A stretch of 63,766 nt of DNA, the filler included, from Octopus bimaculoides (taxonomy: Eukaryota): the NCBI RefSeq assembly GCF_001194135.2. It is 5 parts of 4 records of this genome, joined end to end, with 100 filler letters (N's around TTAATTAATTAA, not from the genome) between each part and the next. Parts side by side here need not be neighbours in the genome. Positions count along the whole stretch, not along the records: positions 48,689 to 63,766 come from NC_068999.1; 4 more parts are not named here. The stretch is one strand, 5' to 3'. Positions 50,460 to 63,092 of the stretch are shown here, in pieces. Made by a program: the position numbers and the translations under genes. The stretch's first letter is position 1. Every line of letters begins with the position of its first letter. Under the pieces are notes generated by a model. That model saw nothing but the letters and a program-made list of their open reading frames with translations. It ran no database searches and was not told the origin of the DNA.

Positions 50460-51638
50460 TTGTGTTATCCCATAAATAATGCAGTTTTTTCAATTGTATG
50501 AACTAGAAGTCAGAGGGGGACAGGATAAACTAGTTGCATCAACATTCTATAAAAGCAGGTAGTAATTTTATCATGTAAAATTAGTACAAATTTCGAAACA
50601 TGCAGTTTGATTTTAACAATTATTTTTTCAAAGCTATAATGGAAGTGAGTTCAATAAAGGCAATAACGTAACAGAAAATGTGAGGAATATATGCAGTATA
50701 TGAGATTGGACAATAAGCATAGGCCAACGTCAACAGTTGTTCCAGAAATTCTGAGCCGGAAACTGCAGCCTAGAAGACGAGCCTCATCCTGGAAGATCTG
50801 TAGAGCTCAATGAGGACATCCTGTAAACTCTGGTGGAACAAAATCTCATCGTACCTCTTGAGGAACTAGCAGAGAAGCTTGGATTTGGTCATTCAACTAT
50901 TCATCAACACCTATGTACCATTGGAAAAGTCAGCAAATTGGGTCAATGGGTTCCTCACAAACTTCCTGAGTCTAATTGTGTGCAGAGAGTAAATGTGTGC
51001 TCTTCTTTGCTGTCATGTCTCATGAATGAACCGTTTTTTGGACTAAATAGTGACTGGTAACAAGAAATGGGTTCTCACTCAAAATGTCAAGTGCTGAAGA
51101 CAGTGAATGGGGAAAGAAGAAACACTGGCACCCCAGGCTGAAGAAGGTCTTCCACCACATAAGGTGTTATCGTCTGTTTGGTGGGATATGAAAAGTTTAG
51201 TCCAATTTGAACTTTTAAACCCAAACCAAACAATAACAAAGGAGATCTACTGCAAGCAGCTTGAGCAGCTTAAGTCAGGGCTAGAAGGAAAACAACCATC
51301 TTTCATTTCAAGATGAAAGGTATTCTTCCATCAGGATAATGCACAGCCACATGCAGTAAGGATGACATTCGAAAGGCTGGAGCAGTTTGAATGGGAAATT
51401 ATCCTTTATTCTGCAGTCTTCAAAATCATTTGGATGGAAAAAATATGAATTCTGTAAATGAGGTCAGAACAGTACTGACAAGTGAATTTTGGAAGAGGGG
51501 CCTTACAAGTCTACCAGATAGATGGAAGAGCATTGTAGCAACTGAACGAGAGTATATTTTAGATTGGAAAAAGAACTTTGTTTATCTGATTTTTGAAAAA
51601 TAAAAGTACAAAAAAACCCACATTATTTATGGAATGAC

Positions 51639-51642
<4 letters not shown>
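50460..51642 (+). mobile_element. Full-length decayed mariner element in a (TA)n tract
   Basis: Imperfect TIRs ttgtgttatcccataaataatgcagttttt / aaaaacccacattatttatggaatgacccaa; motifs WVPHKL, KVLSSVWWD, FHQDNAQPH; many stops; the YSPDLAPSD block is deleted. Confidence 0.93.
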
Positions 51643-51714
<72 letters not shown>

Positions 51715-52303
51715 TATATATGTAATGTATATATATGTATGTGTGTGATTTTGTGCGTGCTTTTGTGCATGTAATTGCATATAAATTTAAATTTATAAAA
51801 TAAAAAATGTTAAAAGTTATTTACATGATATGTATGCATGAGGACTTTGGTATCCAGGTGCATATCTGGCCTACCAGGGTGGACTGGATTAAGCTGTGGT
51901 GAAAACAACTAACTCAGGGCATGGAGAAAACTCTAACAGAAAATCCAGAGGTATTTTCTTCATAGAGTTTGTGGTAAACATTTGCACAAACTCTGTGCTA
52001 TTAGCATTTCCAAAATATGTGGATGGTCTTACACAAGCCTTCGCCACTTGAAACAAATCATCTGCATGGGTAGTCTAACAAATATTTAAGGTTGTTAGGC
52101 ACTTTGTACATTGAGATTGATGGAACAATCCATTATACATGCATACATATACATATATATATTATATATACGTGTGTGTTTGTGTGTGTGTATGTGTATG
52201 TGTGTGTGTGAATTTATGTGTTTATATATCTCTATCTATCTATCTATCTATCTATCTATATATATANNNNNNNNNNATCTCTATCTATCTATCTATCTAT
52301 CTA

Positions 52304-52341
<38 letters not shown>

Positions 52342-53444
52342 TAGATAGATAGATAGATATACATATACACACTCACATACACACATATACGTACACATAT
52401 AAATTAAAAGTGAGGGAGAGAAGGTGAGAGTGGGGGCAGCAGTACCTTAGATTGCTGCTACAAAATAAAATATATCACTCCCCTCAAGGTATCATCCATT
52501 AAAGAAAGTAGGGGATTTATTTAAAACCTCCTTTTTTCTATAAAAGGGAAAATAAAAGTTTTCCACTAAGACAACAAAATTTTAATCTGCATGGCATTTA
52601 TCTTCATTGTTTGACAGTTGATGCCATCTGTTGCACAACAGTTTGCACAAGATAATGCATTATCAATATGTAAGATTTATTACTTTGCCAAAAGCTGCCT
52701 TGGTTAAACTGGCAGATGCATTAGTTGGAGAGATGTGACACATTGGTGAAAATAACTAACTCCAAGAGGTGGACAAAAATATAAATACTAATATCAAAAT
52801 GAAATTCAAGATATTTCAGAAAAAAAACTACAATTGTTCTTGTTTGCCATAAACTGATTCTTCCAGTTAAAGTCTTTTCTCACTTCATTAGATTGTAGTG
52901 GAAGCAATTCGTAGAATAAAATGACAAATTATACAGCGACTGGATGGAAACGAAACAGATTGTAATAAATCCATGGAAAGGAATGGAATATTAAAGAGTA
53001 AAAAAAAAAAAAACATTTAGATATATAAAAGGAAACTGAAAATTCAATGAAAATCTTTAATCAAAATTAATAATTATATAAAATATCAAGCATTATTTGT
53101 GGTTTGAATGTGGAACAGAAAAATAGACTGACTGAATAAGTTCATGTATTGAAGTAAACAGAATTAGTAAACAGATGATGATGGTCTTAGTTGGTATAGA
53201 TCTAATGAGGATGTAAGTATACCAAAATGAGACATAAATTAGGTGGCTCTTTGTCTATAAGGAGTAAATGACAAAGGAGAATTTCTTCAGTCATTTCAAT
53301 TTATTAAGAATATTTTGTGTATGACCTTCAATCTATAATTTATCTTAATTACTCTATTATACACTGGGTGATCAAATTACAGATTATATTTCAAAACAAT
53401 TTACTTTAATTAGAGGTTATAATATTTTAGTTAATTTGTAAGGC

Positions 53445-53640
53445 AATGAGCTAGAAGAGTTGTTAGCACAGCGGGCAAATGCTTTGTGGCATTTCATCTA
53501 TCTTTACGTTCTGAGTTCAAATTCCACCGAGGTTGACTTTGCATTTCATCCTTTCAGCATTGATAAAATAAGTACCATATGAGTACAGGGGTACTCCCAC
53601 CCCAAGATTGCTGGCCTTGTACTAAAATTTGAAACCAACA
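53445..53640 (+). mobile_element. SINE family B copy
   Basis: gttagcacagcgggcaaatgc...ttctgagttcaaattccaccgaggttgactttgc...ttgctggccttgt. Confidence 0.8.
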
Positions 53641-54539
53641 TCTTAGCTTATTTACATCTCAATTGCTACTTAATAATGAACTGTTTCTGTTTTAGATCAA
53701 GTCTTACTCTTCAGTTCATGCCTACTGCAGGAACTTGATTCTTTGGGCAAACACTTGCTGTTTGGCTCTGAACCAAAGACGATCCAGTCATGACCAACCC
53801 ATTTTTTTTTTCAGATGTATCTAGAACTAATTTATCTTATGACTCTCTTTTAAAAATAGTATTGTGTAACCTGAGTGAAGTTTGACTATTATTTCTTGTA
53901 AATTGAGCTGCTATGTAAATATTTTCTCATTGGGTTCAAGTATTGAAACCCACCACCACCACCACATCTTTGAATTGTGCAAGTCATCTAGGTCCCCATG
54001 TTGACAAAATAAAAATAGGTTCCACAAACTGCACTGGGTACATAATATTGTGGCACCAACATTAGTGAGGTTGCTTTGTAACTCACAAGACTAAAAGTAT
54101 GTACACTGCTGTAAGAAAGTGAAGAAAATGAGGTTGTAGAAGAGGCTGGGCTCAGGGTGAGATGATAACAAAAGTGATGATATGACAGAAAGAGCAGTTT
54201 GAAGGTGAGAGAATGATGTGTGTGTGTGTGTGCGTATAAAACAATTCATGAAATTGGAAATTTTTGGTATTATTTATTCACCTACAATAATTTTGCAAAT
54301 AATATTTCCATAATTGTCACTCTCAATACATATTTTGAACTAACATATAGCAGCAACTGAGATTACATATTGGATTGTAATAACAGAAAAAAACAGATGT
54401 GCTTCAAGAGGAAACAGCAGGGATTTACCATAACTACATGTACAATATATATACATGATGATGATGATGACATATATATGTGCATATGTTTAATATATAT
54501 ATGTGTGTGTGTGTTTGTATGTATGCATGCATGTATATG

Positions 54540-54835
54540 AAGATGCATGGTCTAGTGGTTAGGGTGTTGCACTCACGATTGTGAAATTGTGGTTTCAATT
54601 CCTAGACCGGGTGATGCATTGTGTTCTTGCGCAAAACTCTTCATCTAAGATTTCTCTGCAATCATTTTGACACCTGACGTGTGGTACACCATGTACCTAT
54701 TCAGGCAATGTCGATTTTATGGAGTGAGTTAATATATAGCACATACATTTGGTTACTATAAGCAAATCATTTGTGCAAGTTGTTTGGCTAAAGCTGAACA
54801 CTCATATGTCATCTTTGACAGGAAAATCCATCATA
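54540..54835 (+). mobile_element. tRNA-derived SINE family D copy
   Basis: A-box tggtctagtgg and B-box ggtttcaattcc. Confidence 0.7.
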
Positions 54836-54852
54836 TATGCATATACATATAT

Positions 54853-55560
54853 CCTAGGGGTTACCCAAAATAAGCCATAATTTTGCAATATTATTTTATT
54901 CACTTAGTTTTACATGTTTACACTTTTATCACCTTTAAAGTATTCTCCATTTGAAGCAATGAATTGGTCCAGATGCGTTTTCCACTGTTCGAAGCAATCC
55001 TGGAACTCTTGTGAAGATGCCTTTTAATGCCTCTGTTGTTTTTTCTTCACCTCTTCCACATCTGCAAAACGTTTTCCTTTAAGAACTTTTTTTATTTGAG
55101 GAGCAAGTTTGAGTGAATTGGGGTGGGTGGGTAAGTGAGGTCATGCCATTTTTGGTCAAAAACTGTGTCAGGTGAATTGCCATGATGAAACTCCCACTCC
55201 CCACTTTGCCACAGGTCGTGTAATTTTCATCTTACTGCTTCTCACAAATGCTTCAGAACTTGCAAGTAAAATGTGTGGTTAGCAGTTTGACCAGGAGGAA
55301 CAAATTCTACCTCTGTGGGCAATTCCTTTCGCATCGATGAAACAATTAGCATTGTCTTGACATTGGACTTACTTTGATGCACTTTTTTGTAGGTGTGGTG
55401 ACATTGAATGCTTCCTTTGACTTAATTTCTGCTTTGTTTCTGCGTTGTAGCCATAGAACCAGCTTTCATCACCAGTGATGAAAAAACGTCCGGATCAGTT
55501 TCCAACTATTCTTTCAGTTCATGACACGCAGGCCGGTAATCACATGAAACTGTAAATTTT
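54853..55560 (-). mobile_element. mariner 3' relic
   Basis: Minus strand KKVLKGKRFADVEEVKK..EALKG, followed by the decayed CFEQW...NGEYFEGD end; TIR-like ggggttacccaaaataa at the left end. Confidence 0.75.
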
Positions 55561-55616
55561 ACATCAGTGTCTCTCTCCAAGAAAGATGCTGTGGAAGCAT
55601 ATGCACACACACACAT

Positions 55617-55654
<38 letters not shown>

Positions 55655-55724
55655 ATGTGCGTGCCTACACACACTTACACATTTATATATAATCATCATT
55701 ATCATCCTCTTCTCCTTCCTCCTT

Positions 55725-55950
55725 CTTCTCATCATCATCATCATTTTACGTCCACTTTTCATGCTTGCATGGGTTGGACAGAATTTCTACAGACTATTCC
55801 TGTTACCTATCCTCACCTGTTCCCAACTGGGGTAAATATAACCCCTTGACCAGACATGTTACAGAATATTGGAAATGAATGATACTGTTTGTATGATAGT
55901 GACAATCATTTTACAACTATCACACAATGTCAAGTCAAGAAGAGTTGGTG
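55725..55950 (-). mobile_element. Repeat carrying the RTE-type 3' tail
   Basis: (tca)n-ttttacgtccacttttcatgcttgcatgggttggac is the reverse complement of the RTE 3' end. Confidence 0.6.
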
Positions 55951-55980
55951 CAGGCATGCCTGTGCAATTTATTGAGGACT

Positions 55981-57195
55981 AGTTTTTGTGTGTGGCAGAT
56001 GTTCCGGTGCAATAAAGACTGTAAACAAACAGGAAACAACTTCTATCTCATTCCAGGGTGAAAAACTAGAGGTAGTCGATAGCTTCCACTATCTGGGTGA
56101 CCAAGTTAGTAGTGGGGGTGGGTGCGCTGAAAGTGTAGCTGCTAGAATAAGAATAGCCTGGACAAAGTTTAGAGAGCTCTTACCCCTGCTGGCGACAAAG
56201 GGACTCTCACTCAGAGTAAAAGGCAGACTGTATGACGCATGCGTACGAACAGCCATGCTACATGGCAGTGAAACATGGGCTGTAACTGCTGAGGACATAC
56301 GTAAGCTCGCAAGGAATGAAGCCAGTATGCTATGTTGGATGTGTAATGTCAATGTGAATACCCGTCAGAGTGTAAGTATCTTGAGAGAANNNNNNNNNNN
56401 NNNNNNNNNNNNNNNNNNNNNNNNNNNNNNNNNNNNNNNNNNNNNNNNNNNNNNNNNNNNNNNNNNNNNNNNNNNNNNNNNNNNNNNNNNNNNNNNNNNN
56501 NNNNNNNNNNNNNNNNNNNNNNNNNNNNNNNNNNNNNNNNNNNNNNNNNNNNNNNNNNNNNNNNNNNNNNNNNNNNNNNNNNNNNNNNNNNNNNNNNNNN
56601 NNNNNNNNNNNNNNNNNNNNNNNNNNNNNNNNNNNNNNNNNNNNNNNNNNNNNNNNNNNNNNNNNNNNNNNNNNNNNNNNNNNNNNNNNNNNNNNNNNNN
56701 NNNNNNNNNNNNNNNNNNNNNNNNNNNNNNNNNNNNNNNNNNNNNNNNNNNNNNNNNNNNNNNNNNNNNNNNNNNNNNNNNNNNNNNNNNNNNNNNNNNN
56801 NNNNNNNNNNNNNNNNNNNNNNNNNNNNNNNNNNNNNNNNNNNNNNNNNNNNNNNNNNNNNNNNNNNNNNNNNNNNNNNNNNNNNNNNNNNNNNNNNNNN
56901 NNNNNNNNNNNNNNNNNNNNNNNNNNNNNNNNNNNNNNNNNNNNNNNNNNNNNNNNNNNNNNNNNNNNNNNNNNNNNNNNNCGAGCGTGGCCGTTTTCGT
57001 GCGGGTGACACGTAAAAGCACCCACTACACTCTCTGAGTGGTTGGCGTTAGGAAGGGCATCCAGCTGTAGAAACTCTGCCAAATTAGATTGGAGCCTGGT
57101 GTTGCCATCCGGTTTCACCAGTCCTCAGTCAAATCGTCCAACCCATGCTAGCATGGAAAGCGGACGTTAAACGATGATGATGATGATGATGATGA
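55981..57195 (+). mobile_element. 5'-truncated RTE-clade LINE (RT C-terminus, N gap, 3' UTR, (GAT)n tail)
   Basis: GEKLEVVDSFHYLGDQVSSGGGC...RIRIAWTKFRELLPLL...KGRLYDACVRTAMLHGSETW, open up to the gap. Confidence 0.92.
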
Positions 57196-58118
57196 TTACT
57201 TGGACATTTAAGAATTACCCACAATTTGGTGCAGCAAAGAGTGTCTTATAATGCTTCAGGTTATGTGGAATTGAAATTTTTTATCTTTCATTTCCCAAAT
57301 CTTTGTAGCAAGTGATGTAACTCTAGACTTATTAGGCTTGCAGAAAAAACTATTCCTTCATCAGAAAGGGAAATAGAAACATAGGGAGAGAGTCTGAGAG
57401 AGAAATAATGAGTGTCTGTCAGTTTGTCTGTCTGTCAGTCTGTATGTATGTATGTTAGGTTCTTGTGAGTTGCATTGACAACATGTAATCCAGTACAACC
57501 TATTGGATCACTAGCGACTAAACTGGCAACCCCACGAAGCCTACCCAGTGAAGAGGGTGACTGGACATCCTGCAGGATGAAAAATAAAACCTGTCAAAGG
57601 AGGGTTAAACTCATTAAAGTCAACAGCCAGCCCAATACTGTGCACACAAGTTTCGTCCTGGTATTTCTCATGGGCAGTGGTAGATCCTGCAGCAATCATG
57701 GACAAACTGATGACTTTGGTGCAGAAAACACAGTGACTATACAGAGGACTGATATATTTTCAACAATAGACAGGCACAACAGGGTCAGTCAGTAGAGAAC
57801 CATAAGAATGAGAATGTAGGGATGGTGTGCCACATTACTGGGTTTAAGTGATGCCCATTACTTGTCTGGACATTGTTTTAGGAGAAAGAAAACTCTGATG
57901 TAAAACCTGTGACTTGATGGCAGCCAATGATGTTGAGTAGTTCTTTTTGGGGTAATTTTCATCAGAGAGTTGGATTAATTGTGTGCAAGACTTCTCCTTA
58001 CTTTAAAAAGCATCATGCACAGGCATTGCTTGACTTACCAGCATTGTCGTCCTATACACAAGAATGAGGAAGTAGCCATCATGTATATATGTGTGTATGT
58101 ATGTAATATGTACATATA

Positions 58119-58154
<36 letters not shown>

Positions 58155-59189
58155 TGTATGTACGTGCATATGTACATACGTATGTATATATGTATGTATG
58201 CATGTTAACTGATGCTGTCAAAATATTGTTATATATTGTCTTATAGCGATAAGACCTTCTGTTGAAAATTTTCCTAACATGACTGTTTGCTCATAGCATG
58301 TTATTGATATAGACATATAAATAAATGTGTGCATATGTACAATTAAATATACATGAATTTACAACATAGATATTTCCATAAACAGAAAATACTTGTATAT
58401 GGAAATATTTATAAGATTGTTGATATTATCAAAATTTAGTATTTCTATTAAATATACCTGAATTACTCAAATGGAACAATTTTGACAAGTTTTATAAAGG
58501 AAATATTAACACGTTTCTATGTAAAAGTTAACACACATACAGACAGACAGACATGCACACATATTGATACATATATATATATGTGCGCATATCTGGTGTC
58601 TGTGCACATGCATATGTGTGCATGTGTGTATGCATACACACACACACACACATATATATAAATACACACACAAACTCATATATATGCACACACATATATA
58701 AGCATATATAAATATACATACACACATATGCATGTGCACACACATGCACACACACACACGTATAGAATAAAGTAATTTAAAGAGTATATATGATTTCTGA
58801 AAAATACCAGCATGCCATTTTAGGATTAAAAGATATATATATATATATANNNNNNNNNNNNNNNNNNNNNNNNNNNNNNNNNNNNNNNNNNNNNNNNNNN
58901 NNNNNNNNNNNNNNNNNNNNNNNNNNNNNNNNNNNNNNNNNNNNNNNNNNNNNNNNNNNNNNNNNNNNNNNNNNNTTTGGAAAGTATTTTATGAATACTT
59001 TTATGAATACAAAATGAAAAATGAAAGTTTAAACTCTCAAAGAAAAAAGAAAACTGAGATGTGGGAAAAGGTAAACAAAGGAAAAGGAAATATCTGTGTG
59101 ATGTCAAAAATTGACTTATGATTGAATTGTTATTTATACATTATAAATAATTCTTCATTTAGACAGTGATTCCTAATTGTAGAGACAAT

Positions 59190-59337
59190 ATCATCATCAT
59201 CATCATCATCATTTAACGTCCGCTTTCCATGCTAGCATGGGTTGGACGATTTGACTGAGGACTGGTGAAACCGGATGGCAACACCAGGCTCCAGTCTGAT
59301 TTGGCAGAGTTTCTACAGCTGGATGCCCTTCCTAACG
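59190..59337 (-). mobile_element. RTE 3' tail copy, inserted at the 5' end of the Tc1 relic
   Basis: Reverse complement of 57046-57195 with about 3 differences. Confidence 0.92.
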
Positions 59338-60372
59338 TGCTTGTATGGCAGGCACTAGTGTAACGTAAACAGCTGAAATGTTTCGTGTATCAAGAAGTAC
59401 TGTCTCAAAAGTAATGACAGCCTTTGAGAAACCGGGAAAAACCTCCTTGTTGAAGAAAACCAAAACTTTCAGATAGGGACTGTTGAATTCTTATGTGAAT
59501 TGTTAGAAAGGATCACAAAAGTACAGCTCCCGAAGTTACTGCAAGCTTAATGACCACTTCGAGAACTCAGTTTCCACAAAAACTGTTCACCGGGAGCTGC
59601 ACAAAGCTGGATTTCATGGGAGGGCTGCAATCAGAAAACCACTACTTTCAAAAACAAACATTGCAAAGCATTTAGAGTAGAGTAAAAACCTACAGAATTG
59701 GTCCCTAGAGCAGTGGAAGAATGTTATTTTCTCAGACGAGTCATTCTTTACCTTATTTCTGACCACCGACCAAGTATACGAGTGGAGACAGCCAAAAGGA
59801 GCATTTGACCCAGACTGCTTTCTTCCAACCGTTAAACATGGAGGAAGATCTGTGATGATCTGAGGAGGGAGGGGAGCTATATCTTGGAAATCCACTGGCC
59901 CAATGGTTTCCCTTCATGGCAGAATTAATAGTCAAGACTATTTAAACATTTTATCTGATCAAATTCATCCTATGGTTGCGGAACTGTTTCCAGAGGAAAA
60001 CAATCTTTCAGGATTATAATGCACCAATTGACACAGCTAAAGTTGTTACTAAGTGGCACGAGGAACATTCTAGTGAAGTTGAACATCTTATCTGGCCAAC
60101 ACAGTCCCCAGATCTCAATATTATTGCACATTTATGGTGCATTTTAGAAAAACAAGTAAGGAGTCGATATCCTCCACCATCATTATTACAAGAACTGGAG
60201 ACTGTTTTAGCTGAAGAATGGACAAAAATTCCTTTGGAAACAATTCAAACTTTGTATGAGTCCATACCTCATAGAATTCAAGCTGTAATTACTGCCAAAG
60301 GTGGTCCTACCCCATATTAAAATAAAATTGTTTGAAATTTTAAGGTGTTTCCATTATTTTGTCCAACCCCTG
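59338..60372 (+). mobile_element. Tc1-family transposon relic, 5'-truncated
   Basis: HTH MAGTSVT*TAEMFRVSRSTVSKVM; VIFSDES; FQDYNAP; WPTQSPDLNIIAHLW (catalytic E replaced by A); 3' TIR aggtgtttccattattttgtccaacccctg followed by TA. Confidence 0.92.
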
Positions 60373-60641
60373 TATGTATGTATCCATACCAGCATGTTAG
60401 ATGATGATGACGATGATGGGGAAGATGGCAGAGTTCTTACTATGCTGGACAAAATGCGTAATGGCATTTCTTCTGACTTNNNNNNNNNNNNNNNNNNNNN
60501 NNNNNNNNNNNNNNNNNNNNNNNNNNNNNNNNNNNNNNNNNNNNNNNNNNNNNNNNNNNNNNNNNNNNNNNNNNNNNNNNNNNNNNNNNNNNNNNNNNNN
60601 NNNNNNNNNNNNNNNNNNNNNNNNNNNNNNNNNNNNNNNNN

Positions 60642-60694
<53 letters not shown>

Positions 60695-60699
60695 CTATG

Positions 60700-60925
60700 T
60701 ATTAATTTCTGAGTGTGTCTTTGTGTCTGTGATTGTCCACCCATCACCACTTAACAACTGGTGTTGGTGTGTTTACATCCCCGTAACTTAGTGGTTCAGC
60801 CAAAGAGACTTATAAGTACTAGGCTTTAAAAAATTAAGTCCTAGGGTTGATTTTTGTGACTAAAATCTATCAAGGCGGTGCTCCAGTATGGCAACAGTCA
60901 AATGACTCAAATAAATAAAAGAATA
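60700..60925 (+). mobile_element. SINE family A, 3' half
   Basis: gtgtttacatccccgtaacttagtggttc...ataagtactaggc...ggcggtgctccagtatggc...aaatgact. Confidence 0.8.
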
Positions 60926-61057
60926 ATATGTACGTATATGTATATCTCTGTATCTCTCTCTCTCTCTATGTGAGTGTGTGTGCTGTGTGTGTGTATGAGA
61001 GTGGATATATGTCTGTATATACATATCCATATCTATCCATCTCTCTCTCTCTCTCTC

Positions 61058-61105
<48 letters not shown>

Positions 61106-61324
61106 TGTATGTATGCATGTATTTGTTTATTTAGAGTATTTGCATACTGTAACGAATAGAAGTATATTATTTGTGTAAGGTTTTGTAAACTCTATATGGA
61201 AACATTAATCTAAACGTTTTTAGCTTCAGGACAAGAAACCATTGAAAATATTTCAATATTTACAGCAACAGGTTTTTGCAGTCAGTGAAATGGTTTTTTT
61301 CCCCTAAAATGAAAATAAATGTTA

Positions 61325-61600
61325 CAAATCACTAACAACGCCACCATTACATCCACTAAAACAACTACTGCCATAACCACAATAGCTATCATTAACATTA
61401 CCATCCATACAGCCATCACTGCTACCATTATCACCACTACTACTACAGCAACCACCATTAATTCTACTACTACAACTACTACTGCTGCTGCTGCCACCAC
61501 CACCACCAACTATTTGCTCCTATCACTGCTAGAATCACTACTACCCCCACTGCCACCACCATTACTATTATTATTACCACCACCACCACCACAAGCACCA
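61325..61600. repeat. Degenerate (ACT/ACC/CAT)n trinucleotide low-complexity tract
   Basis: Directly visible; gives a Thr-rich ORF on + and a Val-rich ORF on -. Confidence 0.85.
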
Positions 61601-61849
61601 TCAAAAATTCATAAGACAAAGTAGTTTTTGTTACCCTTAAAATGAAAAGATAGTTCTAAGTGGAGTTCTTTGATTATAGAAGTGTTAAATAAGATTCACC
61701 TGAGGTTAAACAATGACAGCAAGAAACAGTATCAAAATATTTCCATTCTATATGACGACTTAACATCTTACAATTTATCTTATTTTAATTGTCATTTGTC
61801 TAATGACAATCATGACTAATTTTAAACATTTTGGTGGTTCATTTATGCC

Positions 61850-62030
61850 AGAGCACATCATTGTTGTTCCACAGCTCATCGTTATTGCAGCACAACATTA
61901 CACTAACATTGCTATTCAAAACATCACCACTGTTACAGAATGCACTAGTGGTGCTACACAGCACACCATCACTGTTACAAAACATACCATCACTACTACA
62001 CAAAACTTCATCACTTTTACACAATACTCC
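61850..62030. repeat. Degenerate ~21-bp tandem repeat (catcactgttaca.aa.. type)
   Basis: Recurring caccactgttacagaa / catcactgttacaaaa / catcactactacacaaaa / catcacttttacacaa. Confidence 0.6.
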
Positions 62031-62411
62031 GTATAGACTTCTGTGTTCCTTCTTCATACAATGATCAACTACTTCATTCCTCAGTGCACTCACTACTCAA
62101 ATGTTTGCAGTCACAAACCCACTTCCCTCTTGTCTACTCACATTTCGTTATTAAACTCAAATAAAACAAACTAATGGTCTAAATACAAGACCATTTCATC
62201 TGCTTGAAATATCTGCCAAATGGGACTAATGTCTTACAAAATGGATGGGGCATATTGGATAATATAATCTTAAATATGCTATGTCCAAGAAAAAGACAGG
62301 TCGGTAAAGGGCAGAATGCCTTTTATGGTAGATTTCTGCTCTGTTAGGTTTGAGCTACAGTTAGATGAACACACAAGATGAGAATGGAATATAGTGAAAA
62401 ATATTCTAGAG

Positions 62412-62700
62412 TGACAGACATGTGCAGCAGTAGAAACATACAGTAGCAGATGAGTGCTGTGATAGACATATGCCAACAGATGTGTACAATGGTAGATAGC
62501 AACAGATGAGTGCATTAGTAGACACAAAGAGCAACAGATGTGTGCAGTGGTAGACACTCTAACAGATGTGTTAAGTAGTAGAGACATACAACAAATGCAT
62601 ATAGTGGTAGACAGCACCAGATGAGTGCATTGGTAGACACATACAACAATCAATGTGAGCAGTGGTAGACACAGCAACAGATGTGTGTAGTGTTGAGTCA
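62412..62700. repeat. Degenerate ~28-bp minisatellite (gtggtagacacagcaacagatgtgtgca), about 10 copies
   Basis: Recurring gtagac...aacagatg.gtg motif. Confidence 0.75.
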
Positions 62701-62854
62701 AAAGTTTTTTCAGATTTATGCTGATAATTTTTGGCAACTTGTATCTCCTTGTTAAATCATTAATTTGATACATCTTGTCCAATTGTTGCTGAATCGGTCA
62801 TTCTTTATTTTTGTGGTGTGATGGAAGAAAAAGACAAGAAGCAAAAGGACAAAA

Positions 62855-63092
62855 TGAAACGTTGGACCTTACTTTGTCGACCGCAGCGGAGTACATAATC
62901 GCTCCTGATCAAAACACGTCTTTCTCGTAACCTCTCTGTTTTCTGACTGGCCCCACGTGCTAGCCTTCGACCGCGTGTGCCCGACTTCCGGTCTGACCCT
63001 TCCGGTCTGGCCCTTCCGGTTTGGCTTCACTTCTGTTTGCCTCACCTCTCTCCACCAACAACACACAGCGCATCACAGCCCATAACACCACA
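62855..63092 (-). mobile_element. 3' LTR (238 bp, TG...CA)
   Basis: Minus strand starts tgtggtgttatggg right after the purine tract agggggcg and ends ...gtccaacgtttca; abrupt GC rise at 62855. Confidence 0.75.

Noticed and set aside
52618-52669. Possible 52-nt plus-strand exon (LMPSVAQQFAQDNALSI)
   Set aside because: Splice motifs only; no homology recognised and no coherent multi-exon ORF.
61319-61624. Thr/Pro-rich mucin-like ORF
   Set aside because: Built from degenerate trinucleotide repeats, open on both strands, with no signal peptide or convincing splice context.
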